From: Planctomycetota bacterium
GTDB taxonomy: Bacteria; Planctomycetota; B15-G4
Reading direction: 5' to 3'
DNA: 64,000 nucleotides
Assembly: GCA_038212275.1 (NCBI GenBank)
Contig: JBBQUR010000006.1
Span: 32,001 to 96,000, forward strand
In this document: piece after piece, positions 46,746-57,400 of the stretch
Position numbering within the stretch: the stretch's first letter is position 1
Layout: every line of letters starts with the position of its first letter
Notes under the pieces: generated by a model
What the model saw: the letters and a program-made list of their open reading frames with translations, nothing else
The model's database searches: none
What the model was told of the DNA's origin: nothing
Program-made: the position numbers and the translations under genes

Positions 46746-49700
46746 TCTTTTCGCCTCACAAAAGCGTGCACGGTCATGTTCTGGTCTCCGCCATCATGGT
46801 TGTCGCCTTGCTCGCGGGATGCGGTGGCGGAGGGGGTAGTGGAACGACCGTCGATCCGCCGTCGGCGAGCAAGGTTGCATTTACAGGCTTCAGTTTCAGA
46901 ATAGGATCGAAGGCTGCGAGTAGCGTGCCGCCCTTCGAGAATACGACGGCTGTACCGCCCTCGCTCGGCGCACCGTTGGATGTGACTATAATTTTCGAAT
47001 TCACCGGAGCGCCCCAGGGCCCTTTCACCCAGGCAAACCTTCCGGTCTATACAACAAGCGCCGAAGTGAATCCATCAGCGTTTCCACCGCTGGGGCAAAC
47101 GGTGATCGCAGCGAAGGGAAAATACGTCGCCGTTGGTTCGACTGTCGAGTTTAGGCCCTTTGTTCCAACACAACCGTTACAGGTGAAACTCAGTGCTCCG
47201 GCCGCTGCGGTACCAGGATTGTTGCCAGCCTCCGTCTACACAGCACAGGTCTCGTCGACCAATGGGGAGAAATTGACAAACCTGCTGGGTGCTGGGGGCA
47301 CTGTCAAGTTCGGAACAACTTCAAACCCCGCAGCCTATTACGCAGTGGGATCGGGTGATGGCAAGGCACCATCATTGCTCGCATCCCTCCCCGTTGACGG
47401 CACGACGGGTTTCTATCCGGGTGTCTTCTCTAACTACGCACCAGGTTCGTCCATCGCTAGCTTTCCGGATGGCCCAAAGTCGATCACCCTCAGCTACGAT
47501 CGCGCAGTCCTGCCGACGGTTGAAAACCTGAACGGCAAGGATTGGGACGGGGACGGGATCACGGATCCGTCGTTCTTTCTTCGAACAAGGGCGACCAGCC
47601 TGCTGGTTGGTGCCATGATTCCAGCGTTCTCCTCCATTGGTAATACTCTAGCATTCCCATCGATTTCCGGACTTTCGCCGGGAAGTTCCGTGGCAGTGGA
47701 TGGATCGGACATTGTCCTACACAATAGCAAGGGATCGGGGGCACTCGCTGGTGCCAACCCTGCGCTCATCGCGCTCCCAGGAAGCCTCGCCACTGGCTCC
47801 GACCCGTCCCTGCTATGGGTAATTCTTAAGGTTGGCGATGGAAATGACAAACTCACAGTGGTTGATCAGATTCTCGGCGATGCCTCGTATTGCCAGATCA
47901 GCTCTGACGCGGCGATCGATACAGGGCTGGACGACGTGGTGGGACTCACAACGCTTCAAAGTGGTCGCCTCATAGCATTCGACAGGACGACACGTCGTAT
48001 TTATGAACTTCTGGCGAACGTCACTAGGCATCGGCCTGCCGGAGAGCCGGAGTTGGCTAGCCCAACAGGGGACGGAATGGCTAGTTTTGGATTCATCAGT
48101 GAACCGTTTCCGAATGGCGTCGACATTTTGGACCTAGCTCAGACTCCGTCGGGATCAGTGCTCGCGCTCGCGGAAAACGGCAGCGCGTTTCCCGTCATCC
48201 TGCACCTTCTGCCAATCGATCCGGACCTGAATGGTGAATTTCTTCCGACAGATGGCAACGTTGACAATTCGATTCCGGCAATACTCCTTGGCGCAGCTTA
48301 CGCATCAATCGAGTGTACTTCTGATTCAGAATTCTTTGCACTGAACCGCTCGAGTGATTCGATTGATGTGCTTTCTGCGACTGGAAGCAAGCTTCTTACG
48401 GTAGTGAATGGCGTCGCCGCGTACGGTATAAATCTTGCGTCGCTTCCCGACGGTCTATCGCCCGCGTGTTCGCTCGCGATTGGATTCATGGAAATGGACG
48501 CTGGTGTAACAGTGCAGACCAATGGATCGACCGGGGCAATTCTTGAAATAGTCCCAAAGGGAATACTGCCAATTGGTGCCGACGTGTCAGTGATGCAGCG
48601 AAATAGCTTCTCGGCCCTCAACGGTGTAAGCGCCGCGAACGAAGATCCTTCCCACCCGGTGTCAGTACTTGGCTCGACGCGACTGCTGACCGTCTCGACT
48701 TCCGCTCCGAGTTCGACAGTGGGTGCGTGTACGCTTCCCGACCCAGACAGCCGAGTGAACGATGTATACCAAGAGGAGTTCCTCGATTCTAAGTACGAGG
48801 ACACTTCCCCTCCAACGCTCTCGCCTCAGGCCGATTGGGCGAAGCTTATTACTGGTTCAACTCCGAGTGGTAGCCTTCGCGCTTTAGCGGGAGCGTCAGA
48901 CCAAAGTTCGTTGGGCGACTTTCAGCCCGCTCCGTTTTCTGATTTCGATCCCAGTTTGGCATACCCGATTGGCAGTGCCACGCTGGCACATTTTGCATAT
49001 GTGTTTCTCGATACCGATGCGCAGGCGTTTCCGCTGCCGAATGGCGCGACGCCTGGTGTTACTACAAGCGCTACCATCGGCGGCGGAAAGTTCACATTCC
49101 GAGACTTCATTATTCCGGAGGGCGTGTGGGTCGTGGCGCGGGGCAGCAATCCGCTCCAAATCACGGCCACCGGGATGGTCGAAATTCGTGGTGTGCTGGA
49201 CGTATCAGGCACAAATGGCATCGGAGATGAGACGTTTGATTCCGGATATATCCCAGTTCCCGGGGGCGCCGGTGGGCCCGGCGGCGGACGTGGGGGGAAC
49301 GGTCACCCCACACTTTTTGACCCCAATGGTCCTGGAACGCTCAACCAGTACGTGACACCGGAGACTGGCGAGCGAGGCCTTGGGCCCGTCATTGGTACCG
49401 GTGGCGGGGTAGTGATGGCGTCGGTTGGTGGACATGGCGGCCGTTCGACGCTTGGGGCGGATTTTAGCGCCCCCGGTGGATATCCAGTAGTCGGCAATAC
49501 GACGAACAACTCAGAGTTCACTCGGCCTCCCGGAGGCGGTGGAGGAACCTTCTATTTCCACGGGATGTATGCACATTCGGGAACAGGTGGATATGTGGTG
49601 CAGAGCAACTCCACGTGGTTCCCGTTCTCCCTGTGTCCAATCAACGACAAGATTCGCGACGCACTCTATGGAAATGACGAGAATCGAGCGCAGGGGCTGC

Positions 49701-51616
49701 TCCCGAGTACGCCACTGCAGTGCGTCTATCTCTTGGGGACACCCGATAATCCTAATTACTTTCTGGATGGTGGTGCTGAAGGTGATGGCGTATTCGTCGA
49801 CGCTGACCCTAGCAATGACTTCATTGGGGAGGGTGGTGAACTGCCGTTACTCATTGGTGGCCAAGGTGGTGGTGGCGGCGGAAGTCGTATTGACAGCAAT
49901 GGCCACGAAAACAACGCACTACTCTGGGCTGGCAATAACCTCGGGGATCCCATTCAGTTCCCGCCGCTCGCTCCTCCTTTTTACCCGAGTTTAGGCGGTG
50001 GGACGCTATTTTTCTCCCCGACTCTCTTTGATGCCAAGGGCGGCGGCGGTGGAGGCGGAGGCGGCAGCGTGATGATTCGGACGCTCGGCGCGATTCGGAT
50101 CTCGAGGTCGGGTCACATCAATGCATATGGCGGTGCTGGTGAGGGTGGAGAGGCTATCAAGAACAGTAATTATGCGGGCGGCGGAGGCGGCGGTAGTGGA
50201 GGGGCTGTGATTCTTCAAGCCGCCGGTGATATTCTCATAGAGGCCGATGCTAATCACAAGACACCATACTTTACGGATAAGTCGGGAGCCCAAGGCGCTT
50301 CCATAGACGTGTCCGGTGGGTACGGCAAGGATGCTGTCACTACGCCGATTGTGGATACCAGCAATAATAAGATCGCGAATGGCGATTGGGCGAGGAGTGA
50401 TGGCGGTCAAGGTGGTTTTGGTCTCATTCAGCTTCAGGCTGGTGGCGAGTCGACAAATCCGCTGGTTCAGCAAGGCGCTTTTCTATTCGCGCGGGTTCAC
50501 AATGTGTTGAAGCTAGGTACATGGACGGGCGACACGGGCAAGAGCAAAGAGCACCCATCCTGGAACGGTTCCGGAAATAACAAGCCTCCAGATATACTCC
50601 GCTATATTGATATTCTTGAGTATCGGTACTTCCTGCTTGAATCAGGAACCCTAGACCGGTCCTACTTTTCCTTGCTGAATGGCTCGGATCCGCCGATAAT
50701 TACACCCAGTGCGTCTGTCCCCGCCGATGTGTTTCAGCTGGATACGCCGATGATTACGCATTTTGGTCGCCGCGTTGTGAGGGAACGTGAGCCGGGGAAG
50801 ATCATGCAGTCGTATGCTGGCTGGGACCCAGTGACGTTCAAGGAAAATTTTGTGGGTACCGGTCTTCCGCCTGGGGTGCTGTATGACGCGAAGGACAGCA
50901 TTCCGATGAGCATATACCTCAAGGAGCCGGATGGCACGCCGTTGTTCCAAGTCGAGAATGGCGTTGTTACCCAAGAATTCGACCGATATCAGACAATTGA
51001 CAGGCTTCCGGTGGTCCCTGTGTCCAAGTCACCACCGCCGATTGGGACGGTGAGTCGCGGTACGAGTTTGTGGCTCGACTTCAATGGTGTGGCTCTCCGG
51101 TTTCGAAATTCTCAGGGATTGGCGCCTCCCCTGTTTGCGAGCGGAATCAATGGTACGTACAACGCGAAGCTTGGCGTGGTACCTCCGAGCAAGGACGGTC
51201 AGGTCATCACCGGTAGCGGTGTACTGAACAAGCCGGCGCACCACGTCACTAACACAGGTGCAATTCCGTTCTTTGATCCGGGGCTGTGCGTTGCTGGTCC
51301 CGGTCCGTATCCGGCCTTCAATGATATAAAGGTAGATGCGCCGGAAGTCCCGGAACTGGGGCTGGAAAATGCCATTAGCGATAACGCTACCGTGACTTTA
51401 CTATTCCAGGGCGCGTTTCCGATTCGAGCGGGTTCACATGTTCCTGATTCCACGACGCTGACCGGTTGGGTCTCGGACTTGCGCGAACTCTCCGGCTATC
51501 CGCTAATTCGTTTTCAGGTCGCATTTGACTTATCCGCCGACGTGAACAATTATCCGTTCGGGGTCGGAAGTTTTCGCCCGGCTGTGGATCGAGTCCGAAT
51601 CAGGACCAAGTACTGA
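46742..51616 (+). CDS. Giant predicted lipoprotein B, Ig-like and glycine-rich (1624 aa)
   Basis: Lipobox LAGC followed by GGGGG; DWDGDG; polyglycine tracts; ATGA coupling to gene A. Confidence 0.8.
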   Translation: MIFSPHKSVHGHVLVSAIMVVALLAGCGGGGGSGTTVDPPSASKVAFTGFSFRIGSKAASSVPPFENTTAVPPSLGAPLDVTIIFEFTGAPQGPFTQANLPVYTTSAEVNPSAFPPLGQTVIAAKGKYVAVGSTVEFRPFVPTQPLQVKLSAPAAAVPGLLPASVYTAQVSSTNGEKLTNLLGAGGTVKFGTTSNPAAYYAVGSGDGKAPSLLASLPVDGTTGFYPGVFSNYAPGSSIASFPDGPKSITLSYDRAVLPTVENLNGKDWDGDGITDPSFFLRTRATSLLVGAMIPAFSSIGNTLAFPSISGLSPGSSVAVDGSDIVLHNSKGSGALAGANPALIALPGSLATGSDPSLLWVILKVGDGNDKLTVVDQILGDASYCQISSDAAIDTGLDDVVGLTTLQSGRLIAFDRTTRRIYELLANVTRHRPAGEPELASPTGDGMASFGFISEPFPNGVDILDLAQTPSGSVLALAENGSAFPVILHLLPIDPDLNGEFLPTDGNVDNSIPAILLGAAYASIECTSDSEFFALNRSSDSIDVLSATGSKLLTVVNGVAAYGINLASLPDGLSPACSLAIGFMEMDAGVTVQTNGSTGAILEIVPKGILPIGADVSVMQRNSFSALNGVSAANEDPSHPVSVLGSTRLLTVSTSAPSSTVGACTLPDPDSRVNDVYQEEFLDSKYEDTSPPTLSPQADWAKLITGSTPSGSLRALAGASDQSSLGDFQPAPFSDFDPSLAYPIGSATLAHFAYVFLDTDAQAFPLPNGATPGVTTSATIGGGKFTFRDFIIPEGVWVVARGSNPLQITATGMVEIRGVLDVSGTNGIGDETFDSGYIPVPGGAGGPGGGRGGNGHPTLFDPNGPGTLNQYVTPETGERGLGPVIGTGGGVVMASVGGHGGRSTLGADFSAPGGYPVVGNTTNNSEFTRPPGGGGGTFYFHGMYAHSGTGGYVVQSNSTWFPFSLCPINDKIRDALYGNDENRAQGLLPSTPLQCVYLLGTPDNPNYFLDGGAEGDGVFVDADPSNDFIGEGGELPLLIGGQGGGGGGSRIDSNGHENNALLWAGNNLGDPIQFPPLAPPFYPSLGGGTLFFSPTLFDAKGGGGGGGGGSVMIRTLGAIRISRSGHINAYGGAGEGGEAIKNSNYAGGGGGGSGGAVILQAAGDILIEADANHKTPYFTDKSGAQGASIDVSGGYGKDAVTTPIVDTSNNKIANGDWARSDGGQGGFGLIQLQAGGESTNPLVQQGAFLFARVHNVLKLGTWTGDTGKSKEHPSWNGSGNNKPPDILRYIDILEYRYFLLESGTLDRSYFSLLNGSDPPIITPSASVPADVFQLDTPMITHFGRRVVREREPGKIMQSYAGWDPVTFKENFVGTGLPPGVLYDAKDSIPMSIYLKEPDGTPLFQVENGVVTQEFDRYQTIDRLPVVPVSKSPPPIGTVSRGTSLWLDFNGVALRFRNSQGLAPPLFASGINGTYNAKLGVVPPSKDGQVITGSGVLNKPAHHVTNTGAIPFFDPGLCVAGPGPYPAFNDIKVDAPEVPELGLENAISDNATVTLLFQGAFPIRAGSHVPDSTTLTGWVSDLRELSGYPLIRFQVAFDLSADVNNYPFGVGSFRPAVDRVRIRTKY

Positions 51617-51626
51617 ACATCAAGAC

Positions 51627-52376
51627 GTGGGACACCGTGCTGCTTTTCTGTGTTGCTTCGTCTTGTCAGGTTGCTGCAGGGGTGCCTTGCCCGCTGAGCT
51701 CCTTCCGGATTCTGCGGGGGCGCGACCTCTGAATGGAGCAATTGTTGTCGCGCTCGATGGGAATATTGATCCTCTCTCCGTTACCTCGAGTTCCGTGCGT
51801 GTCGAGCGAATGGATGGAACCGAATTTCCGATCGCCATCAGGAGCGACTCTGGAACTGTCCGGATTCTGCTGGTTGTTACTGATGACTATTTCAGCCGAC
51901 ATGGTGGTGGTGTCTGGCTTGAAGTTGCCGGGTTTCCTTCGCCAAGCGCATTAGTAACTCTAGACGGTCGCTGCCTGCGTTCCACAGTTCGGCGTTGCAT
52001 CGTGTTGGAGCCACACCTCGGCGCGGGTTCTGCAGTCCCACCGATGGTAGTTTCAGTTAACGGGACTACTGATTGGAGCGATCCGGTCGTAGTTGCTGGA
52101 ACGAACGTTGTCCTGTCGTTCGATGGAGTTCTGGATCCGAACACAGTCACGTCGGTGTTCTGCCCGATCTATCCAGATGCTGGTGAACTTACTTTGATGG
52201 CGCCGCTGCTTCCCGCCGTGACGTGGGAATGCGTTGGTAGCCGATTTGATGTAATTCTTGTGATACCGCCAGCGTCGGGACTCTTGCATTTCATTCTCCG
52301 GCGGTGCGGATTTCGCGACTTGTCCGGCAGGCCTCCCGAACCCGCCAGTCTTTCCGTCAACTTGCTCTCCATGTAG
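51627..52376 (+). CDS. Small predicted lipoprotein with two Ig-like repeats
   Basis: LSGC lipobox; VALDGNIDPLSV and LSFDGVLDPNTV repeats; DLSG. Confidence 0.6.
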   Translation: MGHRAAFLCCFVLSGCCRGALPAELLPDSAGARPLNGAIVVALDGNIDPLSVTSSSVRVERMDGTEFPIAIRSDSGTVRILLVVTDDYFSRHGGGVWLEVAGFPSPSALVTLDGRCLRSTVRRCIVLEPHLGAGSAVPPMVVSVNGTTDWSDPVVVAGTNVVLSFDGVLDPNTVTSVFCPIYPDAGELTLMAPLLPAVTWECVGSRFDVILVIPPASGLLHFILRRCGFRDLSGRPPEPASLSVNLLSM

Positions 52377-52437
52377 CATTGACTGGAACTTCGGTAAATC
52401 TGTTGGAATCCGTTGCGCGCATCATAGAATCCCAGGC

Positions 52438-53331
52438 ATGAACCTCTACTTGAATGACTGGGCAGTGCATGCGCTCTCTGGCGCCTTCGGGCTTGTGGTC
52501 GGTAGCTTCGCAAATGTAGTGATTTTCCGCTCGCCGCGCGAGGGGTTATCCAGCTTTCGACCAGCTCGCTCATTCTGTCCAGCATGCCACGCACAGGTGA
52601 GCTTGTTTGACAACGTGCCGGTGGTCTCATGGCTTATGCTGAGGGCGCGATGCAGGAGTTGTAACGCGCCAATCAGCATGCGCTATCCTGCCGTAGAAAT
52701 ATTGATGGGTGCGATGTTCGTGGTTGCGAGCTTGGTCATTGCACCGTCTACTGCAGGCAGCTATGTGCGTCTCGCCGCCGCGTTCTATCTCGTCGCTACC
52801 TGCGTCATTGTCACATTGATTGATCTTGAGTATCTGATCATTCCGGACAGCATCACGTGGCCCGGGGTGTTTCTTGGCCTGGTTGCGTCAACCATATTTC
52901 CAAGCCTCCAAGTTGGTCATCCTGGATTCAAGTTGGAAAGCCCGCATAGTAGTGCGCTCATAGCCTCACTCTTCGGCATTATTGTGGGTGGTGGAGTGCT
53001 TATCCTTGTGGGACTCATCGGCAACGTCATGCTGAGACGGCGACTCAAGGAGGCAGGAGTGCAAGATGCGATGGGTTGGGGTGACATCAAGTGGATGGGA
53101 CTTGCGGGCGCGTTCCTTGGCGCATCATCGGTCGTGGGCGCAATCCTGATTGGTTGCTTCAGTGGTGCTGTTGCCGGATTGTTCATGAAGCTTCTAGCGA
53201 AGTTAAGGAATCAACCGCAACCAGTCGGGCTGCCGTTCGGCCCATTCCTGTCGGTTGGGATTCTTGTCGAGTTTGCGCGTCCTGGGCTTACATGGAGTGT
53301 GCTCGACATGCTCACGAGTACCGCTCGATGA
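52438..53331 (+). CDS. pilD: Prepilin peptidase (A24A)
   Basis: GSFANVVIFR, SFCPAC, CRSC..PIS.RYP.VE, IDLE...IPD, MGWGDIK, PFGPFL. Confidence 0.93.
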   Translation: MNLYLNDWAVHALSGAFGLVVGSFANVVIFRSPREGLSSFRPARSFCPACHAQVSLFDNVPVVSWLMLRARCRSCNAPISMRYPAVEILMGAMFVVASLVIAPSTAGSYVRLAAAFYLVATCVIVTLIDLEYLIIPDSITWPGVFLGLVASTIFPSLQVGHPGFKLESPHSSALIASLFGIIVGGGVLILVGLIGNVMLRRRLKEAGVQDAMGWGDIKWMGLAGAFLGASSVVGAILIGCFSGAVAGLFMKLLAKLRNQPQPVGLPFGPFLSVGILVEFARPGLTWSVLDMLTSTAR

Positions 53332-53416
53332 TGGGCTGTGAGGCGCACGCGCATTTCACGACTCTTGCACTTTAGTCAGACCGAGTCGGTTCGAAATGGC
53401 GCGACTCCTCCTCGGT

Positions 53417-54307
53417 TCAGTTGTCGAGTCCGAATAGGGTGTGGGCGTTTGCTGTTGTTGTCGCTGCAAGTATTTCGTAGTTGAGTCCGCGGTCGTCGGC
53501 CAATCGCCTTGCGACATGACCGATGAAGGCCGGCTCATTTCGGCGACCTCGGACCGGTACTGGCGCAAGCCAAGGCGAATCTGTTTCCAAGAGCAAGCGA
53601 TGAATTGGAATATCTTTCACGGCATTTCGAAGCACGTTGTTAGGTCGAAAGGTTGCCGCACCGCCAACTCCAATGTGCAAGCCGGCGTCGATGATTGGTG
53701 AAACGTCAGACTGAGCACCTGTAAAACAATGCAGGACACCTCGAAGTGGAGTTCCGCGCCAAGCATCCAGCTCACGAGTCAGTCGTTCAAATGCGTTGCG
53801 ACAATGCAATATGACAGGTAGCTTGCGTTCGACGGCGGCGCCAAGGTGCCTCTGTAAGGAGAGGGCTTGATCGTCGAGTGAAGTGCCTTTGTGGAATGCG
53901 TCGAGGCCCGTCTCTCCAACGGCGACAAACCCACCCTCATCAAGTAGGGTCTCGATGTCCCTCCAGGCCGATTCATCAGTGATTGCAAACTCGGTCGGGT
54001 GTATTCCGGCCGTGGGGTATCCCCAGCCAGGAAGCCCTGTTGCGATGAGCTTTGCGGCTCGTGCGCTCTTGGGGTCGACCGCCACAACGATGCATCCGAC
54101 GACACGCGCCGCGCGCGCCCGGGCGACGACTTCCTCACGGTCCATATCGAATGCGCTGAATGCCAAGTGGCAATGGCTATCAAATAGGGAGGATATTGCC
54201 AAGTCCGGCTCAGGAATTGCGGTTGTAGAGGGATGGGGCAAGTCCGTCGCATCCGATCGGGTCGCGGCGTCAGGAATTATCATGTTTTGCCCCTCTACCG
54301 TGCTCAT
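53417..54307 (-). CDS. tatD: TatD-family hydrolase/DNase (alternative start at 54283)
   Basis: DSHCHL, GIHP, VGETGLD, ILHCR, GVLHCFTG, ETDSP.LAP.P.RG..NEP. Confidence 0.92.
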   Translation of the reverse strand: MSTVEGQNMIIPDAATRSDATDLPHPSTTAIPEPDLAISSLFDSHCHLAFSAFDMDREEVVARARAARVVGCIVVAVDPKSARAAKLIATGLPGWGYPTAGIHPTEFAITDESAWRDIETLLDEGGFVAVGETGLDAFHKGTSLDDQALSLQRHLGAAVERKLPVILHCRNAFERLTRELDAWRGTPLRGVLHCFTGAQSDVSPIIDAGLHIGVGGAATFRPNNVLRNAVKDIPIHRLLLETDSPWLAPVPVRGRRNEPAFIGHVARRLADDRGLNYEILAATTTANAHTLFGLDN

Positions 54308-54470
54308 CGCCGTGTCACGTCTCCCGTGGTTGCTGCGTCCTGAGAAGCATGCTGGGCACGCCTGTGGTCGGCATGGCATTCTATGGCGTCGTCCATGGCC
54401 GCTGCCGGGCCTGTCAAATTGCGGGCAGGACCGAACGAATCCTCGCATTTCCCTCGGGAAGTTGTCCCCG

Positions 54471-57400
54471 ATGCGTATGTCTTTCAGTTTTTTTCGTAGT
54501 TCCAGCTTTGCGTTGCTCTGCCTTCTGATCGGGGCATGTGGCGGTGGAACCGTTGCGAGCAGTTCCAGCGGTGGTGGCGGCAATGGTGCCGGGGGGGCGT
54601 TTTCCGTAACCGGCGGGCCTAACGGGGGGGGGATAGGTGGTCTCAACCTCCCGGTGAGCTTGGTGTTCAGCAAGGACATCAGTCCGGCGTCAGTCAACGC
54701 CGTGACCGTGCAGGTCGTCACGATCCTCGATCCAGCTGGTCAGGCAACAGCGCTTCCTGGAATTGTCGCTAGCGTGACATATTCAGTGACCGGCAACTTG
54801 CTCCGGTTGACACCCAGCGTGACTTTTGAGCCCTCCAAAGTAAGTTATGGATTTGTCGCAAACGCCCTCTACGAGATTGCCTTCAGCGACCCCAGCAACG
54901 GTGCTTCGGTTACCTCAAGTACCGGGCAGTCAATGGCCAACCCCGAGGCAACGTTCTTCTTTCGGACGCCATCCAAGGGCTTCGACTTGAATCCGGGTTA
55001 TCCAGCGGTTCGCGCCTTCTTCGTGGATGATCCGAGTTCAGTGTCGCTGCCTGCGGTGATCTTGGATATCAACGGCGATGGTTCCTTGCTTCTGGAGGTA
55101 CTCTCGTACTACGAGAACGAGGTCGAAGTCGTGGCGCTATCGTCGCCCCTCGAGGTGCCATCGGCGCCAGTACGGGACATTCTGTTCATATTCAATGACG
55201 CGGTCATTCCGAATACGGTACTCAACCCGATAGATGACAGCAGCCCGGCTATCGTTGTCTCGATCAACGCGGCTTCACTCCCGACTTATCTGCCGAAGGC
55301 CATTCCTGCCGAGTACTCATTCACCCATCAGCAGGCAGACCTCAGCATCATACGATGGCACCCGGCTGCGACGGCGTTTCCACCGGCGAGCTTCCTGTTC
55401 GTAGAAGTCGCCCCAACCGTGCAGGATCTGGCATGTAATACTAAGGCCGGACAGTCAGAGGTCGGCGTTCCCGATCTGCTGGCGACGATTCGGGTTTCCG
55501 ATGATCCGGACTTGGCCGTTTACACACTGACGGAACCCTTCGACGACGACTCGAACGAGGACCAGAACAATACGTCTGCCGCTTGGGCATCGGATTTTCC
55601 TGGCTTGCTTGGCCCGGTTCTTGGCGGAGGCACGGGTGCCGAGGGCCCACTGCTCATCGACTCAAATATCACCGTCTCTGATCCAGGACAGACGGTGGTT
55701 CCGATTGGCTCCGTGATTGATGTACCAGGCAAGCGTCTGTTGCTGCCAACGGTCGAGGCTGTGGCTGAGGGCGTCTTTGAGCCGCGAATCTATAACTTGT
55801 CCTCTTTTCTCCTTCCCGCCGGCTGGACCTTGGGGGTGCTCTTCGACCGTAACGGTGATGGAGTATTTGACCCCGATGAGTACCTAGTGCAGAGCATCGG
55901 GCATCCTCTGGATGGGATGGGCGCCCCATTGACCATTCGATGCGCCGGTAACCTGCAGTTGCTGGGCATCGTTGATGTACGTGGCGCCGATGCGCCTACT
56001 CTGGTCCGCCCGGAGAGCACCTTTGATGCTCTTTACTCCGGTTATATGGGGCAAGGTGCGCCATCGTTGGCAGCGCTGCAGGCGGGAGGCAGCGGGGGGC
56101 GTGGTGGTGATGTGTTGCTGCTGGGTAGCGGTGGTCTCAACCCCATTCCGTTGAAGTCACCATCCGCCGTTCCTGCCTACCAGTCGTCGGACGGCAAGTT
56201 GACAGGAGCGAGCGGTCGGAGCAGCTTGCTTACTGCAACGACGCTGCACGATTCGAATGCAAACTTCTTTGCGATCGACAATGTGCACGGTACAGGCGAT
56301 CCCGCGCTCGTATCTCTGGTAAATGCCGGTGAAATACTGCTTCAGCCGAATCTCGGCGTAGGCAGCTCTCTACTAGGCAACAGCGGAACGGCGAATCAGT
56401 CGATCGACGAAAATCATCCTACATTCGTCGTCGAATCAGTATCAACGGTCTCGGGACAAACGACATTCACTGTGCGCTCGGCGCCTGGAGACCCGACGCT
56501 CACGCAGGCTAGCAAGAACATCGGAATGTCCGCGATCGCAGCAGCTGGAGACTGCTACCTCGTAGGGCGCTTGCGCGGCGGTAATGGCGGTGACACGACT
56601 CCCATGGATCGAGGGGGTGTGGGTGCGGAGCCGTTCGTCGTCGTGAATGAGGGTGCCCTTGGAGTCAGCACGACGGGCGGTGGAGGCGGAGGTGGGGGCT
56701 CTATCCGTGAAGGTTCAACCGGTGAGAGTGACGGCCCTCCTAGTGACCCATTGGTCAACCAGCGGGGCCTCTCTGGTGGCGTCGCACTGGATGATTCTGC
56801 GGGCGCAAACGGCGGATTGGGGACGATCGAAGGCCTCGGTAAAATCATTAACAGCAGCCAACTCGACGTCGTGAGCCAGACTGGTGGTCGGCCACTCGCC
56901 GAATTGGCAGGAGGCGAACTCGTTGGCAGTTTGATTCTGCCGAACGTTTTGAACGATGGTTGGCTCTTCGAGATCGTGGCATTTGATGGATTCACGATTA
57001 CGGTTGAGCACATCCAGATTGATGCGATTGATGTCGGCCTGACCGACGATCCCGGCCTTATTCCTGGTTCCGACTATGCATTCCGAATTGTGCCATCGCT
57101 CGAGATCGGCGGCGCTGGCGGTGGTGGCTCCGGAGTTTGCGTGACTGGAACTGTCAATAACGTGGCGACAGTTCTGCCGACACTGGCGCCGGGGGCAGCT
57201 GGTGGCACTGGAGGCGGAAGCGTCCTGCTGGAAACAGCGCGTGACCTGCTCGTCGGTCCGACTGGCGGTGTGCTGGCGGACGGTGGCAAAGGCGGTCTGG
57301 TGTTCGATGTTCAGACTAAGTTTGCAGGCGGTGGTGGAGGGGGTGGAGGAAACGCTGTCATTCGCGCTGGCAGATCACTCCAGGTATTCCAGGGCGGACG

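Noticed and set aside
53883..54470. Upstream part of the 1636-aa ORF
   Set aside because: Antisense to tatD; the signal peptide and lipobox begin at 54471
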